Assembly: GCF_036321535.1 (NCBI RefSeq)
Contig: NC_087436.1
Location: forward strand, 85,500,001-85,564,000
DNA length: 64,000 nt
From: Camelus dromedarius
Lineage: Eukaryota
Reading direction: 5' to 3'
Shown: one piece after another, positions 1 to 12,190 of the stretch
How positions within the stretch are numbered: position 1 is the stretch's first letter
How the letters are laid out: every line of letters begins with the position of its first letter
Translations under genes and position numbers: made by a program
Notes under the pieces: generated by a model
What the model was told of the DNA's origin: nothing
The model's database searches: none
Seen by the model: the letters and a program-made list of their open reading frames with translations, nothing else

Positions 1-400
1 GTTTCCACTGGTCAGGGCTCTGCCACTCCCAGAGTGAGTGTCCTTGTCCTTGGTGGAACTGATCCTGGGGAGAATTTTCATCACCCTCATTAGCAGGGAC
101 AGCTGAATCACGGTAGATTTCAGAGGTCTGGGTGGTTTGGGGGAGGAGGGCCATCTGAGCAAAGGGTATTGTGTAAATATTTATTGCACACTTGGATACA
201 GTGATCACTAAGGCATACACTCTGGACTCAGTAAGTGCATCATACACGTGCAGGAGAGACACACAGGATGAAAGGATCTAAGAGTGCCAAGTGAATGCAA
301 TAATGGAAAAGCAGTTACTTTTGATTGTGAATTTGAGTCAGGACTCCATGGGCCTGGGAGGGGAGCACTTTGGCTGGGAATTTGAAGGATAAGCAGGAAT

Positions 401-940
401 TTTTTTTATTTTTGTTGAAATGTAGTTGATTTACAATGTTGTGTTAATTTCTGGTGTACAGCATAGTGATTCAGTCATACATATATGTGTATTCTTTTTC
501 ATAACAGGTTATTACAAGATATTGAATATAGTTCCCTGTGCTATACAGTAGGACCTTGTTGTTATCTATTTTATATATAGTAGTTTGTATCTGCTAACCC
601 CAAACTCCTAATTTATCTCTCCCCACCTTTTCCTTTTAGTAACTATGTGTTTGTTTTCTGTGTCTATGAGTCTATTTCTGTTTTGTAAATAAGTATCTTT
701 TTTTAGTTTCCACATATAAGGGATATTATGCGGTATATTTCATCTCTTTCTGGCTTACTTCACTTAGAATAACTATCTTTAGGTCCATCTATGTTGCAGC
801 AAATGGCATCATTTCATTCTTTTTTATGGCTGAGTAGTATTCCATTGTATAAATATTCCAAAACTCCTTTATTCAATCGTCTGTCAATGGACACGTAGGT
901 TGCTTCCATGTCTTGGCCATTGTATATCATGCTGCTATGA
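401..940 (-). mobile_element. L1 3' end, 5'-truncated (young lineage-specific family)
   Basis: T-tract at left followed by the antisense L1 3'UTR ('gttgatttacaatgttgtgttaatttctggtgtacagcatagtgattcagtcatac...ttttatggctgagtagtattccattg'); short flanking 'aggaat' repeat. Confidence 0.85.
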
Positions 941-959
941 AGGAATGGTTTTAAGGGAT

Positions 960-1110
960 ATTGTCTACACTGCATTGAGGATGTACCTCTCTTAAAATCA
1001 CCTGGGGAAGCTTTCAGGCCAGTCCCCGTCCCTAAATAGTTGGATTCAGTGATCTGAGTGTTGCCTGGGCATTAGTATTGTGGAAGGGCTCCCAGGTGAT
1101 TTTTCTGAAC
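960..1110. mobile_element. MER5-like hAT-Charlie DNA transposon fragment
   Basis: 'aaatcacctggggaagcttt...ggattcagtgatctg...ctcccaggtgatt' resembles the MER5 core with its internal inverted repeat. Confidence 0.55.
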
Positions 1111-1469
1111 AAATAAGATAGACAGCCACAGAAAGAGCATGGGCTTTGGAACTGGACAGCTTTGTTCTAACACCTGGTAACCTTGGACTAGGCCCACTGT
1201 GAGGCTCCCACAGCTGCGCCGTTTCTTCCCACTTCTGCCAGTGCCAGTGAAGAAACTGCCATAGGAGAGTCCCTCCCCTTTGACAAACTTTCCTTGACTG
1301 AAAAACCTTAGATTGGGAATCAGGAAATCTGGACTCTACCCCAGCTCTGCCACTGAGGTGCCACATGAGTGTGCTGGGTCACATACAGAGATAGAGCAAA
1401 GACACAGACAACATGCTAGGTACTCAACGCATCTCCAGGTGTCAGTTTCCCCATCTGTTGAGGTTTTTA

Positions 1470-1848
1470 GGGCAGTATTTATAGGTCATAAACTCTATTT
1501 GACAGGCCGTGACCAGAATCATTTTAAAAGAAAGATGTAAACCATAATAGAAAAATAGAGTGCACTGCATAGAAGAGGGCAAGTCTTGTGACATGAAGTT
1601 TTGTTTCAGTTGTCTATACGTGTGTTTATGGGGTTGTAATGTAAAATTCATGTCATGCTGTGGGTTGTAAGTTAAAAAGCTTGAGCGTGCTCACTGGTGG
1701 TACATTGCTAAAATTGGAAAGACACAGGGAAGATTAGCATGTTCCTGGTGAAAGGGTGACATGCAAACTCAAGAAGCATTGAAGATTTTTTTTGTAATAT
1801 TATGTGGTTTTTTAGTACGCTTGAAAGCAAGAGTTTGAGAAACATGGG
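1470..1848. mobile_element. ancient hAT-type MER element interrupted by the U6 copy
   Basis: 'gtgaccag...aatagaaaatagagtgcactgcatag...tgtgggttg...aaaaag(c/t)ttgagaaaca' resembles an old hAT MER end; family not resolved. Confidence 0.45.
1687..1793 (+). pseudogene. RNU6: U6 snRNA pseudogene (full length, diverged)
   Basis: gtgctcactggtggtacattgctaaaattggaaagacacagggaagattagcatg...tgacatgcaaactcaagaagcatt...ttttt aligns end to end with U6; ACAGAGA box altered to ACAGGGA; no upstream PSE/TATA seen. Confidence 0.93.
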
Positions 1849-1984
1849 ATTGGATGCTCTCTGTGAACCCCTTCCTTCTGCTCTGTAGCCAGTAACTACT
1901 CAAGCCTACCGTGAACTCACTTTTTTGGTAACGTCTTTTTACTTACCACCATGTAATTCTGCCTACCATTTATGTTTTTAAGAG

Positions 1985-2225
1985 GGAGGCAGGACAGTGT
2001 AGTGATTAAAAGCACCCTATTGAGTTAGATAAGTCTATGTTTGAATTTAACTTCTTCACTTACTAGTTGAATGACCTGGAAAATATGCCCAACCTCTCTC
2101 AGCCTTGTCAGTCTCAGACCACACCTAGGACATGCAATGGTTATAAGATTAAATAAGATGCTATGAAGGTCTTAGCACAGATCACCTTGTTCACAGAAAG
2201 TGCTTGGTGTAAGACAGCAATTATT
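1985..2225 (+). mobile_element. MIR SINE
   Basis: 'gtgtagtgattaaaagca...cacttactagttgaatgacctgg...aacctctctcagcct...gattaaataagat...cttagcacag'. Confidence 0.7.
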
Positions 2226-3268
2226 ATCTGACCTCTGGTCCCACCCAGATTTTAAGTACAGTCTGCAATGTAGTGTCTGGCATATACAAGATCATAAATA
2301 CTTTGCATGTAGAAAACCAAGGATTCCAGCCTCAAGCAGCCGCTAAAGCTGGAAGGCAGCCATTCTCCATCAGCATGCCCCATTACCATCCAGGTCGTGG
2401 GAGGAGAGGCAGGGCGGTCTGTGTATCCTCTACCCACACGTCCCCTTCCCCCTTTTCCTCTGACATGAATGGCTGGACCTGGGAAGGCAGATCTTGGTTG
2501 TGATTTGCTTCAAGGACCAAAACAACCGTGACATTTCAGTGCCATCAAAACCAACAGACAGATGGAAACTCAAGATCAGCTGTCTTACAAACATCTACCT
2601 GAGATGGTTTCAGACAGAACCACGAGACAAAGAAATGAGGAAGAGCTGGTGGCCAGAACACTGAGAAAATGGGGGTAAGATTCAGATATTACAGCAGGAA
2701 AAAAATGACTATCATCCAACAGTCAGCAAATAAGCAACTCACTAGGTCCTATATGCCTCATGAATAGTCTGGGAATCAAAGTGTTGTTTTATAAATGATT
2801 CATTCCAGGAAATACTCACTAATCAATTGCTAGGGCTTCTGTGTAATAGTTTCCCAGATTTATAGGTGGTGATCATGTGAACTGGATCATTGACTCTAGA
2901 ATGAGATAAACAGCAATGCTGGTAACCTAATCTGCTTACTCCAAGTAGCTACAAAGAAATTAGCTGCCCTGAGTGGAAGCCAGCACATTACGAAGAGTGA
3001 AAAGAAACCCATTCATCATGAGGGAGCCTCACCCCCACTGAGGCTCCCTGGAGCGTTCAGCTAAGCTGAGAAGATGCCGATGGAGAAGAGGATGATGACC
3101 CATACATAGATGTAAGGGGACGGACGAGCGGAGGGGAGGGAAGCCTCGTGAGATGGCATGTGAGGAAAAAAATGGGCCTTAAAATGATAGAAATGATGAA
3201 AGCACAGTATTCCAACGACTACACAGATAGTATTGCAAAGAATAAGACTGTTGAAAGTAGCACTTGGT

Positions 3269-3436
3269 GGGGAGGGTGTAGCTCGGCGACAGAGCACATG
3301 CCTGGCAGGTACAAGGTCCAGGGCTCAATCCCCAGCACCTCCATCAAAAAATAAATAAATAAGCCGAATGACCTCCCCCCAGCAAAATTTTGAAAATTAA
3401 ATTAAATCAAAATGTTAAAATTTTAAAAAAGAAAAA
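3269..3436 (+). mobile_element. tRNA-derived SINE (camelid-type) with 12-bp TSD
   Basis: ggggagggtgtagctc...ggctcaatccccagcacctcc (A/B boxes), A-rich tail, TSD gaaagtagcact at 3253-3264 and 3437-3448. Confidence 0.9.
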
Positions 3437-4024
3437 GAAAGTAGCACTCAATGCTAGCTTGTGTTTTTTTTTTTTTTTTCCTCTGGAAGAAAATTTGGTT
3501 TGTACTTGTACCGTGAAAAAGAAAAGAAAATGTATGTGAATAATGTAGCCCCACCTAAAAATACGCTGCTAACACAATGGTTTTTCAGGAAAAGAAAAGG
3601 CAAGGATGCCTGGAAATAGCTGCATCTAATCAGCCCCCATCCCAAGCAATCAACTGAAGTCCAGGAAATTCCATATGTAACCAGAAGAATAGACATCCTG
3701 GAGCTTTTTGCCACAGTTAAGATTAGCGGAAACAGACCCCCATCAGCTCTAGTAACAAAGAAGAATTAAAGGTGAAGAAACTGCTGTGGGTCCCTGTGCC
3801 TCCCTTCTGGGGAGGTGGTGGCCGTGGGGGCAAGAAGGATGGGAATGAGGACAGAGGCAGCCGCCGTGGTGGTGCCGGCAGCCTATTGTTCTGAAACCAG
3901 CCCTTCAACAGCAGCTCTGAGCAGGGAACGTAATGAAAACAGCAGTGGCTAGGGCTCAGCTTATCCTCCTGACTTATCCTAACAATCGTTAAAAACGTTT
4001 GTTAACATAGCAGTGGTTTATGAT

Positions 4025-4760
4025 GAGCGCTTTCGGGGTCTTGTTTAAGAAATCCTTCCTTACCCAAACGTCATAAAGATATTCTTCCTGTATTTTCCTC
4101 TAAAAGATTAAAAACGTTCCCTTTCACAATGAGTCCCTCCTTCTCTATGGAATTGAAAGCCACAAAAAGCACAAACCAAAGAGGAAAAGACGAAAACATT
4201 TCACTTCATTAAAATTCATAACTTCCACTTGCCGAAATTATCATAGAGTAAAAAGATAAGCTGCAAACCTGGAGAAAATCTTGACATCACACCTGACAAA
4301 GAACTAGAATGCAGAGCATATAAAGAATGCCTGCAACCTGTCACAAAATGTCCAACTATCATGATAAGGTAATTCACAAAAAGAACTATAGATGACTAGT
4401 CAAGATAGTAAAAGATTCTCAACTTCCTTAGTAATCAGGGGCATGCACATTAAAATCACAATTGAGATATCATTTTAAATCCACTAGATGAACCAAAAAA
4501 TTATGAAGTCTGATAATACTAAGTGTTGGTGAGGATGTGGAAAAGCAGAATCATATACTATGGTTGGGCTTTAAAATAATACAACTAGGCACTGTCTAAG
4601 GCAAGTGAAGATTATATCTCTGTGGCCCAGCAATTCCACTCGCAGGTGTGTATCCTACAGAAACTCTCACACAGGTGCATGTACAAGACCATTAATAAAA
4701 AGAAGCACAGTCCATATTAGCAAAAATGCAAACGAAGCTCAGCAGCATTGTTTGGGGATA
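4025..4760 (+). mobile_element. old L1 (L1ME-like) ORF2 3' region with 5' inversion
   Basis: 4025-4157 is antisense L1; 4158 onward is sense L1 ('aaaagcacaaacc...ctgataatactaagtgttggtgaggatgtgg...cccagcaattccactc'). Confidence 0.7.
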
Positions 4761-4784
4761 CCTACATTGCTGGCTACTATTTTT

Positions 4785-4893
4785 AATTAATTATTTTTAA
4801 AATTATTTTTTCTTTAGTGGAGCTACTGGGATTGAACCCAGGACCTTGTGCATGCTAAGCACACACTCTTACCACTGAGCTGCACCCTCCCCC
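4785..4893 (-). mobile_element. tRNA-derived SINE with TSD
   Basis: antisense 'ctgggattgaacccaggaccttgtgcatgctaagc...actgagctgcaccctcccc'; TSD ggctactattttt at 4772-4784 and 4895-4907. Confidence 0.88.
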
Positions 4894-5839
4894 GGGCTAC
4901 TATTTTTTAAAAAGCAAGAGATGACAAACACAGCATTCAGGAAAGTGGTTATTTTGAGGGGAAGGCAGGAGGATGGGAAATGGGGAGGAGGACACAGTTC
5001 GTGTTGATGGTACTGTTCATGTTGGGATTCTTCTGTTGGCCGTGGCTTTGTATATATTACACATGTTCCACTGTAAGCACAGAATATTACATAATAAACT
5101 GCTTTTAATTTGTTTTAAAAAAGGGTGAACAAAGAACAAAAATCTCTAAGGGCTCAGTGCCAAGGAAAACATGGGATCTTGGTAACATTAGTCTTACTAA
5201 AATAAGATGGGAAGAGGGGTCACTCAAGAAGCGACGGATTGCTCTCTGTCCAGGAGGGTCTGCATAATTTATGTGGCCCTGGAGGTCCTCCCAGAACATG
5301 GGTAGCTTGCCCAGTGACCAGGACCTGTGCCCAGGGGTCACACCCTCTTGCTTAAGTTGGCAAGTGGCCTGGGAGAGCAAGTGATGATCAGTTATGGAAA
5401 AAACGTTAAAAAAAAAAAATCATGCCACTTAGTACCTGAATGTCATATGTGGCTGGATGTATTTTAGATAATTTCCCATGCAGAAAACTGAGGGCTGTTC
5501 TGGGGCAAGGCTTTTTGGTCTAACATTGGGATATCCTATTTTCCACCTTGACTGCATGAATTTGACATTGACCCAAAGCTGTTTTTTCAACAGTTGGCAT
5601 TTTGAATTGTTATTTGAAGCTCTCGATACTCGGGTCTTGGCACTGCTGGACTTTGTAACCCTAGCACTACTCAGATAGCTGCAACCCTTTTTTGGTTGTT
5701 ATTTCTATCTTTAATATATTTGGGTCTTACCTATTATCCCAAAAGGATTATAAAGTTAACCAAATGGCAGGATTTTCTAAAGCCCTGTTTTGTTCATCCT
5801 TGCTGCCAAAAACTTGGCAAAATAAAGCCTTAATAGGTA

Positions 5840-6078
5840 TTTTATTTTGAAAGAATTATGAAGTCACAGTAAATTGCAAAAATAGTAGAAAAGCCCCATG
5901 AACTCTTCACTCAGTTTTCCCCAGTGATTACATCTTACATAACTATGGAACACGGTCAAAACTAGAAAACTGACACTGGTGCAATGAGTGCCCTCCAAAT
6001 CCATCCACGTTGCTGTAAATGGCGAAAGTCTGTTCTTCTTTATGGCTGAGTAGTATGCCATTGTGTATGTATATGTAT

Positions 6079-6125
<47 letters not shown>

Positions 6126-6310
6126 CCGCACCCTCTTTATTCGCTGTTGATAGACACTTAGATTGCTTTCCATATCTTGGCAATTGTAAACAATGCTACA
6201 AATAATAAATAAATTGTAAAACATTGGGGTGCCATGTATCTTTTTGAACTAGTATCTTGAGTTTTTTTGGATGTATACCCAGGAGTGGAATTGCTGGATC
6301 GTATGGTAAT
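5840..6310 (-). mobile_element. L1 fragments containing a (GT)n microsatellite
   Basis: 'ttcttctttatggctgagtagtatgccattg...atacccaggagtggaattgctggatcgtatgg'. Confidence 0.8.
6063..6122 (+). repeat. (GT)n microsatellite
   Basis: directly visible. Confidence 0.95.
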
Positions 6311-6789
6311 GTCACTCTAGATTGATGATTGTTTCCTCTCTGCTTAAAAAAAAAATTCTATTACATTCTCATTTTCATAGTGCCTATTGGGAAACCAGGT
6401 GTCAATCCAATTTGTTCCTTTCTCAGTAATGTGTTTTTCTATGGCTGCCTTTAAGATTTTCTTTCTTTTCCTTTTCATTTTCTTTTATTCTTTTTTCTTC
6501 CTTTTCTCTCGTTCTCTTTCCTTTCTTTTTCCTCCCACCCCCCCCTTCATTCTTTCTTCCCTTCTTTTGGTATTCTACCATATCATTACAATATATCTAT
6601 CTAGCTTTGTATTTCTTTTCATTTATTCTGCTAGAAATTCATTGGGTTTCCTAAATTTGAACATTTCTTTGTAAATTCACGAAAATTCTTAGTCAACATC
6701 TCTTTGAATGTTGCCTTATTCTACATTTTTTCTATTACCGCTTTCTTGAACTCTGATTAGATATCTGAAGTATAGCCTCCATGTCTTCT

Positions 6790-8362
6790 TTTCCAAATAT
6801 ACTTCATTATAAATATTTGTTCACTTAAAAAAATAATTTATAGCTTAAAACTTGCAGATATCTCTTTTATTAATAAGTATGTTCAAAATATTTTGACTAA
6901 GAATTTAAATCAAAACCAGCATATGTTACTGCAAATCCAGTTAAAATCTCGCTCAATGGAACCAACAGCAGCAGTAGGTGAACTCTTACCATAAACACGT
7001 TTGGTGCACACCGCTTGCCCTGTCTCAGCATCTGCAGCATCAGTTCCTGCTTCCAAGTTCGGGAATGGGAAGTCTTCTATCACAGCATCGCATTTGCCTA
7101 CCAATCTCTTCACCATAAAGTTGAACCACAGAGTTGCAAAAACATATTTTGTTTTTGGAAGAATTTTTGTGCAACTCTAATTCCAGTGACACTCATACAG
7201 AGTCACATCTAGTCTTTCTGAACAACATGGAGCATGTCTGCAACAAGGGCTGATGCACGGCTCATATAGATTCCCCACAATCCTGCATCTTTGTAGGAAA
7301 TGTTGAAAAGACTTCAAGCCGTGGCAGAGATTGCCACGACAGGTGAGCTGGGCTGGCTTCCTAAATATACATTCAGTCCTCCTCTGAAATGGCAATCATA
7401 CTTGCCAATCAGTGTGTTTGCAACTGTGAGAGAGAGTGTATCTGGATATTTCCAGCCAACAGCTTCGACGGCTCTTGCAAGGTGTGTCAGAGGCATCTTG
7501 TCATCCCTCAAAGGAATCTCACTTCCTGTGAATTGGCAGGGAGGTTGTTATTTTTCCTTTGTGTGTGGACAAAAAGTTACCAAAATGAAACTTGGCTAAC
7601 TTATGCTGTTCATCATAGGAGACTCCTCCAGTTACAGCAAAGACTATTTTTGGCCCCTTGTTAAAAAATGTGTGCTTATACAGTTCACTAAGTCTTTATA
7701 ATGTATAGATTTACATTTTCAGTTGGTCCCCAAACTGTCCATCCAGTGCGGTATTTTGATAAGCTATGGCATGACAACAGTAAAACACAGCTTCTTGTAA
7801 ATTGGCTTTGACTTTGCACATCTCCCTAAAGATTATCCTATACTCATATTCTGTCTCTGCTTTGTCCAATGTACTGTTTTATGTTATGTCAGCAAGAATG
7901 TCTACAGCTCTTGGCAAATCATTAGAGAATTCTTTGGCATAATTTATGGTCTACTTTCTGAAGGTATAGGCATTAATGTGAGCACCCATGTTTTCATTTT
8001 TATGTTCCAGATCTAATTTGACTCTCTTTTTGGTGCCTTTCAAATCTCTGTGTTCCAGAGAATGAGCTGCTCTGTTATTCTTCTTATTTTCATATCAATT
8101 TCCAGCATCAATCCAGAGCTTAACTGTGCATACTGACAATTTGGAGTTTTCAGAGGCCACTCTGAGTTCATTTTCCAAATATGTTATTCATGTTTCAAGA
8201 ACATCCAGAACAATATTTATAGTGGCTTGTGTATTTCTCAGTCTATTCTCTCCAGTTATGACAACACGTTGGTCCCTCTGATCAGGAGCCTCTCAGTGAA
8301 ACCCAGAGCCAGCGCCACACCCCGGGCAACAGCATGGCTTAGACCTCCACTGCTACCATCTT
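6790..8362 (-). pseudogene. PMPCB: processed pseudogene of mitochondrial processing peptidase beta subunit, full-length CDS plus 3'UTR, multiply disrupted
   Basis: ATG at 8359 (ATG GTA GCA GTG GAG GTC TAA, early stop); minus-strand segments translate to [56 protein letters not shown] and AAVGSI...ICSNICW, matching recalled PMPCB; no introns over ~1.45 kb; frameshifts; AATAAA at 6866-6871 (-). Confidence 0.93.
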
Positions 8363-8364
8363 CT

Positions 8365-9410
8365 CTCAACATCTTTTAACTTTTGTTTTATTTTTTTCAG
8401 TCTCTTTTTCTCTCTGCTGTATATTGGGTAACTCTTAAGTTTTTTCTTCCAGCTCATTAATTCTCTCTCCCATTGTATAGATTGCTGCACCCATCCACTT
8501 AATTTCTAATTTCATTTATTATGTGTTTTTTTTTAACTGGAAGATCTATTTGGCTCTTTTTTCAAAATCCACCTGATCATATTTTATAGTTTCTGGTACC
8601 TTGTTATACTCCAAATATTCTCTTTTTTTTTTATTAAGCTCATCAAACTTACTTAGTCTGTATTTCTTAATTGATAATTCCAGCATCATCCATTTTTGCA
8701 GCTATAATCCTGTTATTTGTTATTTCTACTTATCTTCACTCAATTGACTTGTTTCCTCCTATGTTTTATAATTTTTATATTCAGAGAGTTTATAATTACC
8801 TGAGGGAATAATTTGAGGCCTTTATTTAAGGTATATTTCTCCAGGAAAGCATTACACATCTTGAATCAGCTTAAATAAAATTCTAAAGTTGAGTATCTGG
8901 GGACAACATAGGTAGTAGGAATTCTACAATTTGGCTCTAAACCTTCATGAGGACCATTTGTGAATAGAAACTTTCAAGATATACTCTACTTAGAGGCAAA
9001 GTTGAGATAAGAAAGTTTCTGTACTCTTTTCTTTTGTGGGATAGATTTTCCTCTTTTGGTTTACCCTCGCATGAAAAATGTCAACTTCTGGGTCTTGAAC
9101 TATTTATTTAGAGATCTTTTTCTGTCTTCACCTGATTCAAATCCTAGGCATTGTCTCCCCCTCTTTGCTTGATGCCCATTAAAATAAAGGCTCTAGGCCA
9201 CCAGTGATAAGTCAATGACCACAGGGACCTGTTTCTTCAGGGTGGTTGCCTCTGAAGATTTGTGCTTTCTTGTATTTTTAGCTTCCAGTGATTCCCATCA
9301 TTTTGCTGACAGTTTAGACAAGCATTTTAACATCTTTTATCCATGCATTTTTAGGTGTTGTGAGACAAAGAGGTTCCTCACAGTATTTATTCTTTAACAT
9401 TATGGGAAGT
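8365..9410 (-). mobile_element. ancient L1/HAL1-like segment, apparently continuing 6360-6790
   Basis: T-rich antisense L1-like sequence on both sides of the PMPCB copy. Confidence 0.5.
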
Positions 9411-10734
9411 TTATGTTTGGGCACTATTTTTATGTTTGTTGTTTTGTTTGTTTACACCTTTATTATGGTATGATTCCTGTACAGTAAATTACACATATTT
9501 CATATGTACAATTTGACGAATATTGATAGAGGTATCCACCAATGAAACCACCACCACAATCAAGATAGCTAACATTTCCATCACTCCCCAAGAGGTGCAA
9601 ATTTTGAATTCTCAATTTATCCTTTCTCACCCCCTTAATCCCCTGATAACTATAAATTTGTTCTTATGGTTCTCATATGTCTGTGAGTCTGTTTCTGTTC
9701 TGTAGAAAACTTCATTGGTTTTTAAGTACTCGAATTTACAAAGCTTCCACTGTAAGGTAGGCTGAACTGGGGAACTGATGTGATCCTCATCACTGCCCCT
9801 ACCCTGCCAGGTAAAAATCCTCTGCACACATCAGACTCAAACACCAAGTTACTATTTTACCCCCACTGTAGCATGGCTGCTGCCCCAGCACAACACTAGC
9901 TAACCTCTTCCAGTAGAAGATAGACTGAACATAGAGAAAGAATGGCATCCGGTTCATGGATAGGCAGGCACCCAGCATGAAGTACTTATTTTGAGCTTTA
10001 CAACAGCCTAATGGAATGGGTAGCACTGCTTTCATTTTGTAAGTAAGAAAACTGAACTTCAGTGATGTTAAGTAATTCATCTGAAGGATGCAGAAGTAGC
10101 CAGAATGTTCTGAAAGATCACCCAGGCACATCTTCCTAAAGCAAGCCTTCAGAGGACCTGTGGATCAACCATTTACTCACTCATCCATTCATATGGAAAT
10201 TCACTGAAGAAACCTTTCTTGAGAACTTTGTATATGACACTATGCTAGACGCTGACCTACAAAAATGAGTAAGACAAAGAGCTTGCATCCTCATATGGGA
10301 TGACACATTATTATATTATAATGCAGTAGGGTACATGATAGGGGTTATGAGAACATTGGGAAGGGCATCACCACTGAGACCAGCTCATGGGTAGTTTTGG
10401 GGTAGAACAAGGGAAGGTGGTTGCTGATTGATATGGGTGATGAAATACAAGTAGGAACATCTGTAACAAGTGAACGTGGAGGAGTCTTTCTTCTTGGAAT
10501 TTACTTTTCATGATCTGTTGTCCTTTTTTCTAAAAAGAGGGAAATAAGGGCTCAAAACTATGGTCTTTAAGAAGGATTTATCCTTCCCAGTTACCAGGAG
10601 CAAAAGCTGTTGCAGTCCAGGATCAGCTTACTCGCTGGATGGGACAGATCAGGGATGGTTTGGTTATCCAGCTTGTGGCCTTTTCTGAAATTAAAATATC
10701 ACACGGGGAAAGACTTGTCTGGTACAATTGCTTA

Positions 10735-11189
10735 TTTTTTTTTTTAAAAGGAAAGGTAGTATTTATTTTATTTTGTTTTTTTTTTAAGAATTTTTTTTTA
10801 TTGAAGTATAGTCAGTTTACAATGTTGTGTCAGTTTCTGGTGTACAGCATAATGTTTCAGTCATACATATACAAACATATATTTGTTTTCATATTCTTTT
10901 CCATTATGGGTTACTGCAAGATATTGAATATAGTTTCCTGTGCTATACAGGAGAAACTTATATATCTATTCTATATATAGTAGTTAGTATTTGCAAATCT
11001 TGAACTCCTAATTTATCCTTTCTCACACCCTTCCCCAACAGTAACCATGTTTGTTTTCTATGTTTGTGAGTCAGTTTCTGTTTTGTAAATAAGTTTATTT
11101 GTGTCTTTTTTTTTAGATTCCACATATGAGTGATATCATACAATATTTTTCTTTCTCTTTCTGTCTTATTTCACTTAGAATGACGATTT
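10735..11189 (-). mobile_element. young L1 3' end
   Basis: 'ttgaagtatagtcagtttacaatgttgtgtc...ttcacttagaatgac'; flanking repeat caattgc at ~10725 and ~11190. Confidence 0.88.
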
Positions 11190-11999
11190 CAATTGCACTT
11201 TTTCTTGATCTTGCAAGTCCTTATATCAGAAGCTGTAATCCAATTTTCTCAGACTCCATCTCCCTACTGGCCAACAAAGGTTCCATGCTGGGTCTTGCAA
11301 AATTAAGCTATAAGCTTTTCTACCACCAAAGGTTGGAATCTAAGCACAGATGTCAAAGTTAATCCCATTACCCCAGGCACTCTTAAACCCCCTAGAAAAG
11401 TAGATTTGTCTTGCTGCCTTTTCTAACGGTGAGGAATTTTCCTCTACTCAGCAACTTTCTTCATTTTGTTGGTTATACCTAATTGGGTTTATCTTTGTCT
11501 GAACCAGCATGATGGACAGACCTTTTGGCAAATGTTCTGTGTTTTTTTCTAGGGCTTAAAATGTGGGTCATAGACACCGCTAGAGACTAAATATCCACTG
11601 GGAATCTTTATCCCACTCTACCTGTTTTTTCTGAAAACAAAACTGTCATCAGTGACTCTGAAAACAGAACCTGGAGCTTTAAGGATGTTGTAGTAGTTAC
11701 ATGATATTACAGCCAAACTGAGTATGCCCAGTGGTGTTAATTGGGGTCATCTTCCAACATGCTTTTGAGGTCTGTGATTGCTACCCCTACAACCTAAGTC
11801 TCTTAAAGGCTGAATGCTTCTCAGTAGTCCAACTGACCCCTGGACTTTTAGATAACTCACTTACCATCGTAGCTGAACATTTAATTTGTGATTGGGCTCT
11901 TTCCTAACTAAACTTTTGTTGAGTGATCTCTAGTGAGTCCCTTTTATCCATAATTCTTGGCAGTACAGTTTAGACAGGACAGAAAGACTTCTTTCATAT

Positions 12000-12190
12000 C
12001 CTGACTATAACACTTTTTCGATGTTGACCTTGGACAGCTTACTCAAACTCCATTAGTTTCTTCATCTGCAAAATTGGGACAATAATGTTCATCTCGGAGT
12101 TTTGTTGGAGGACTAAATGAAATAATGTATGTAAAACATTTAGCACAGGACATGACTTAGAGTAAGCACTCAGTAAATAGTAGTTATTGT
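12000..12190 (+). mobile_element. MIR SINE
   Basis: 'gaccttggacag...agtttcttcatctgcaaaattggg...taaatgaaataatgtatgtaaaacatttagcacag...cactcagtaaatagtag'. Confidence 0.75.

Noticed and set aside
1687..1793. functional U6 gene
   Set aside because: Many substitutions including the ACAGAGA box; no PSE/TATA; flanking repeat suggests retroposition
3269..3345. tRNA-like sequences (also ~4820, ~37346, ~44733)
   Set aside because: A-rich tails (and TSDs for the first two) identify them as SINEs, not tRNA genes
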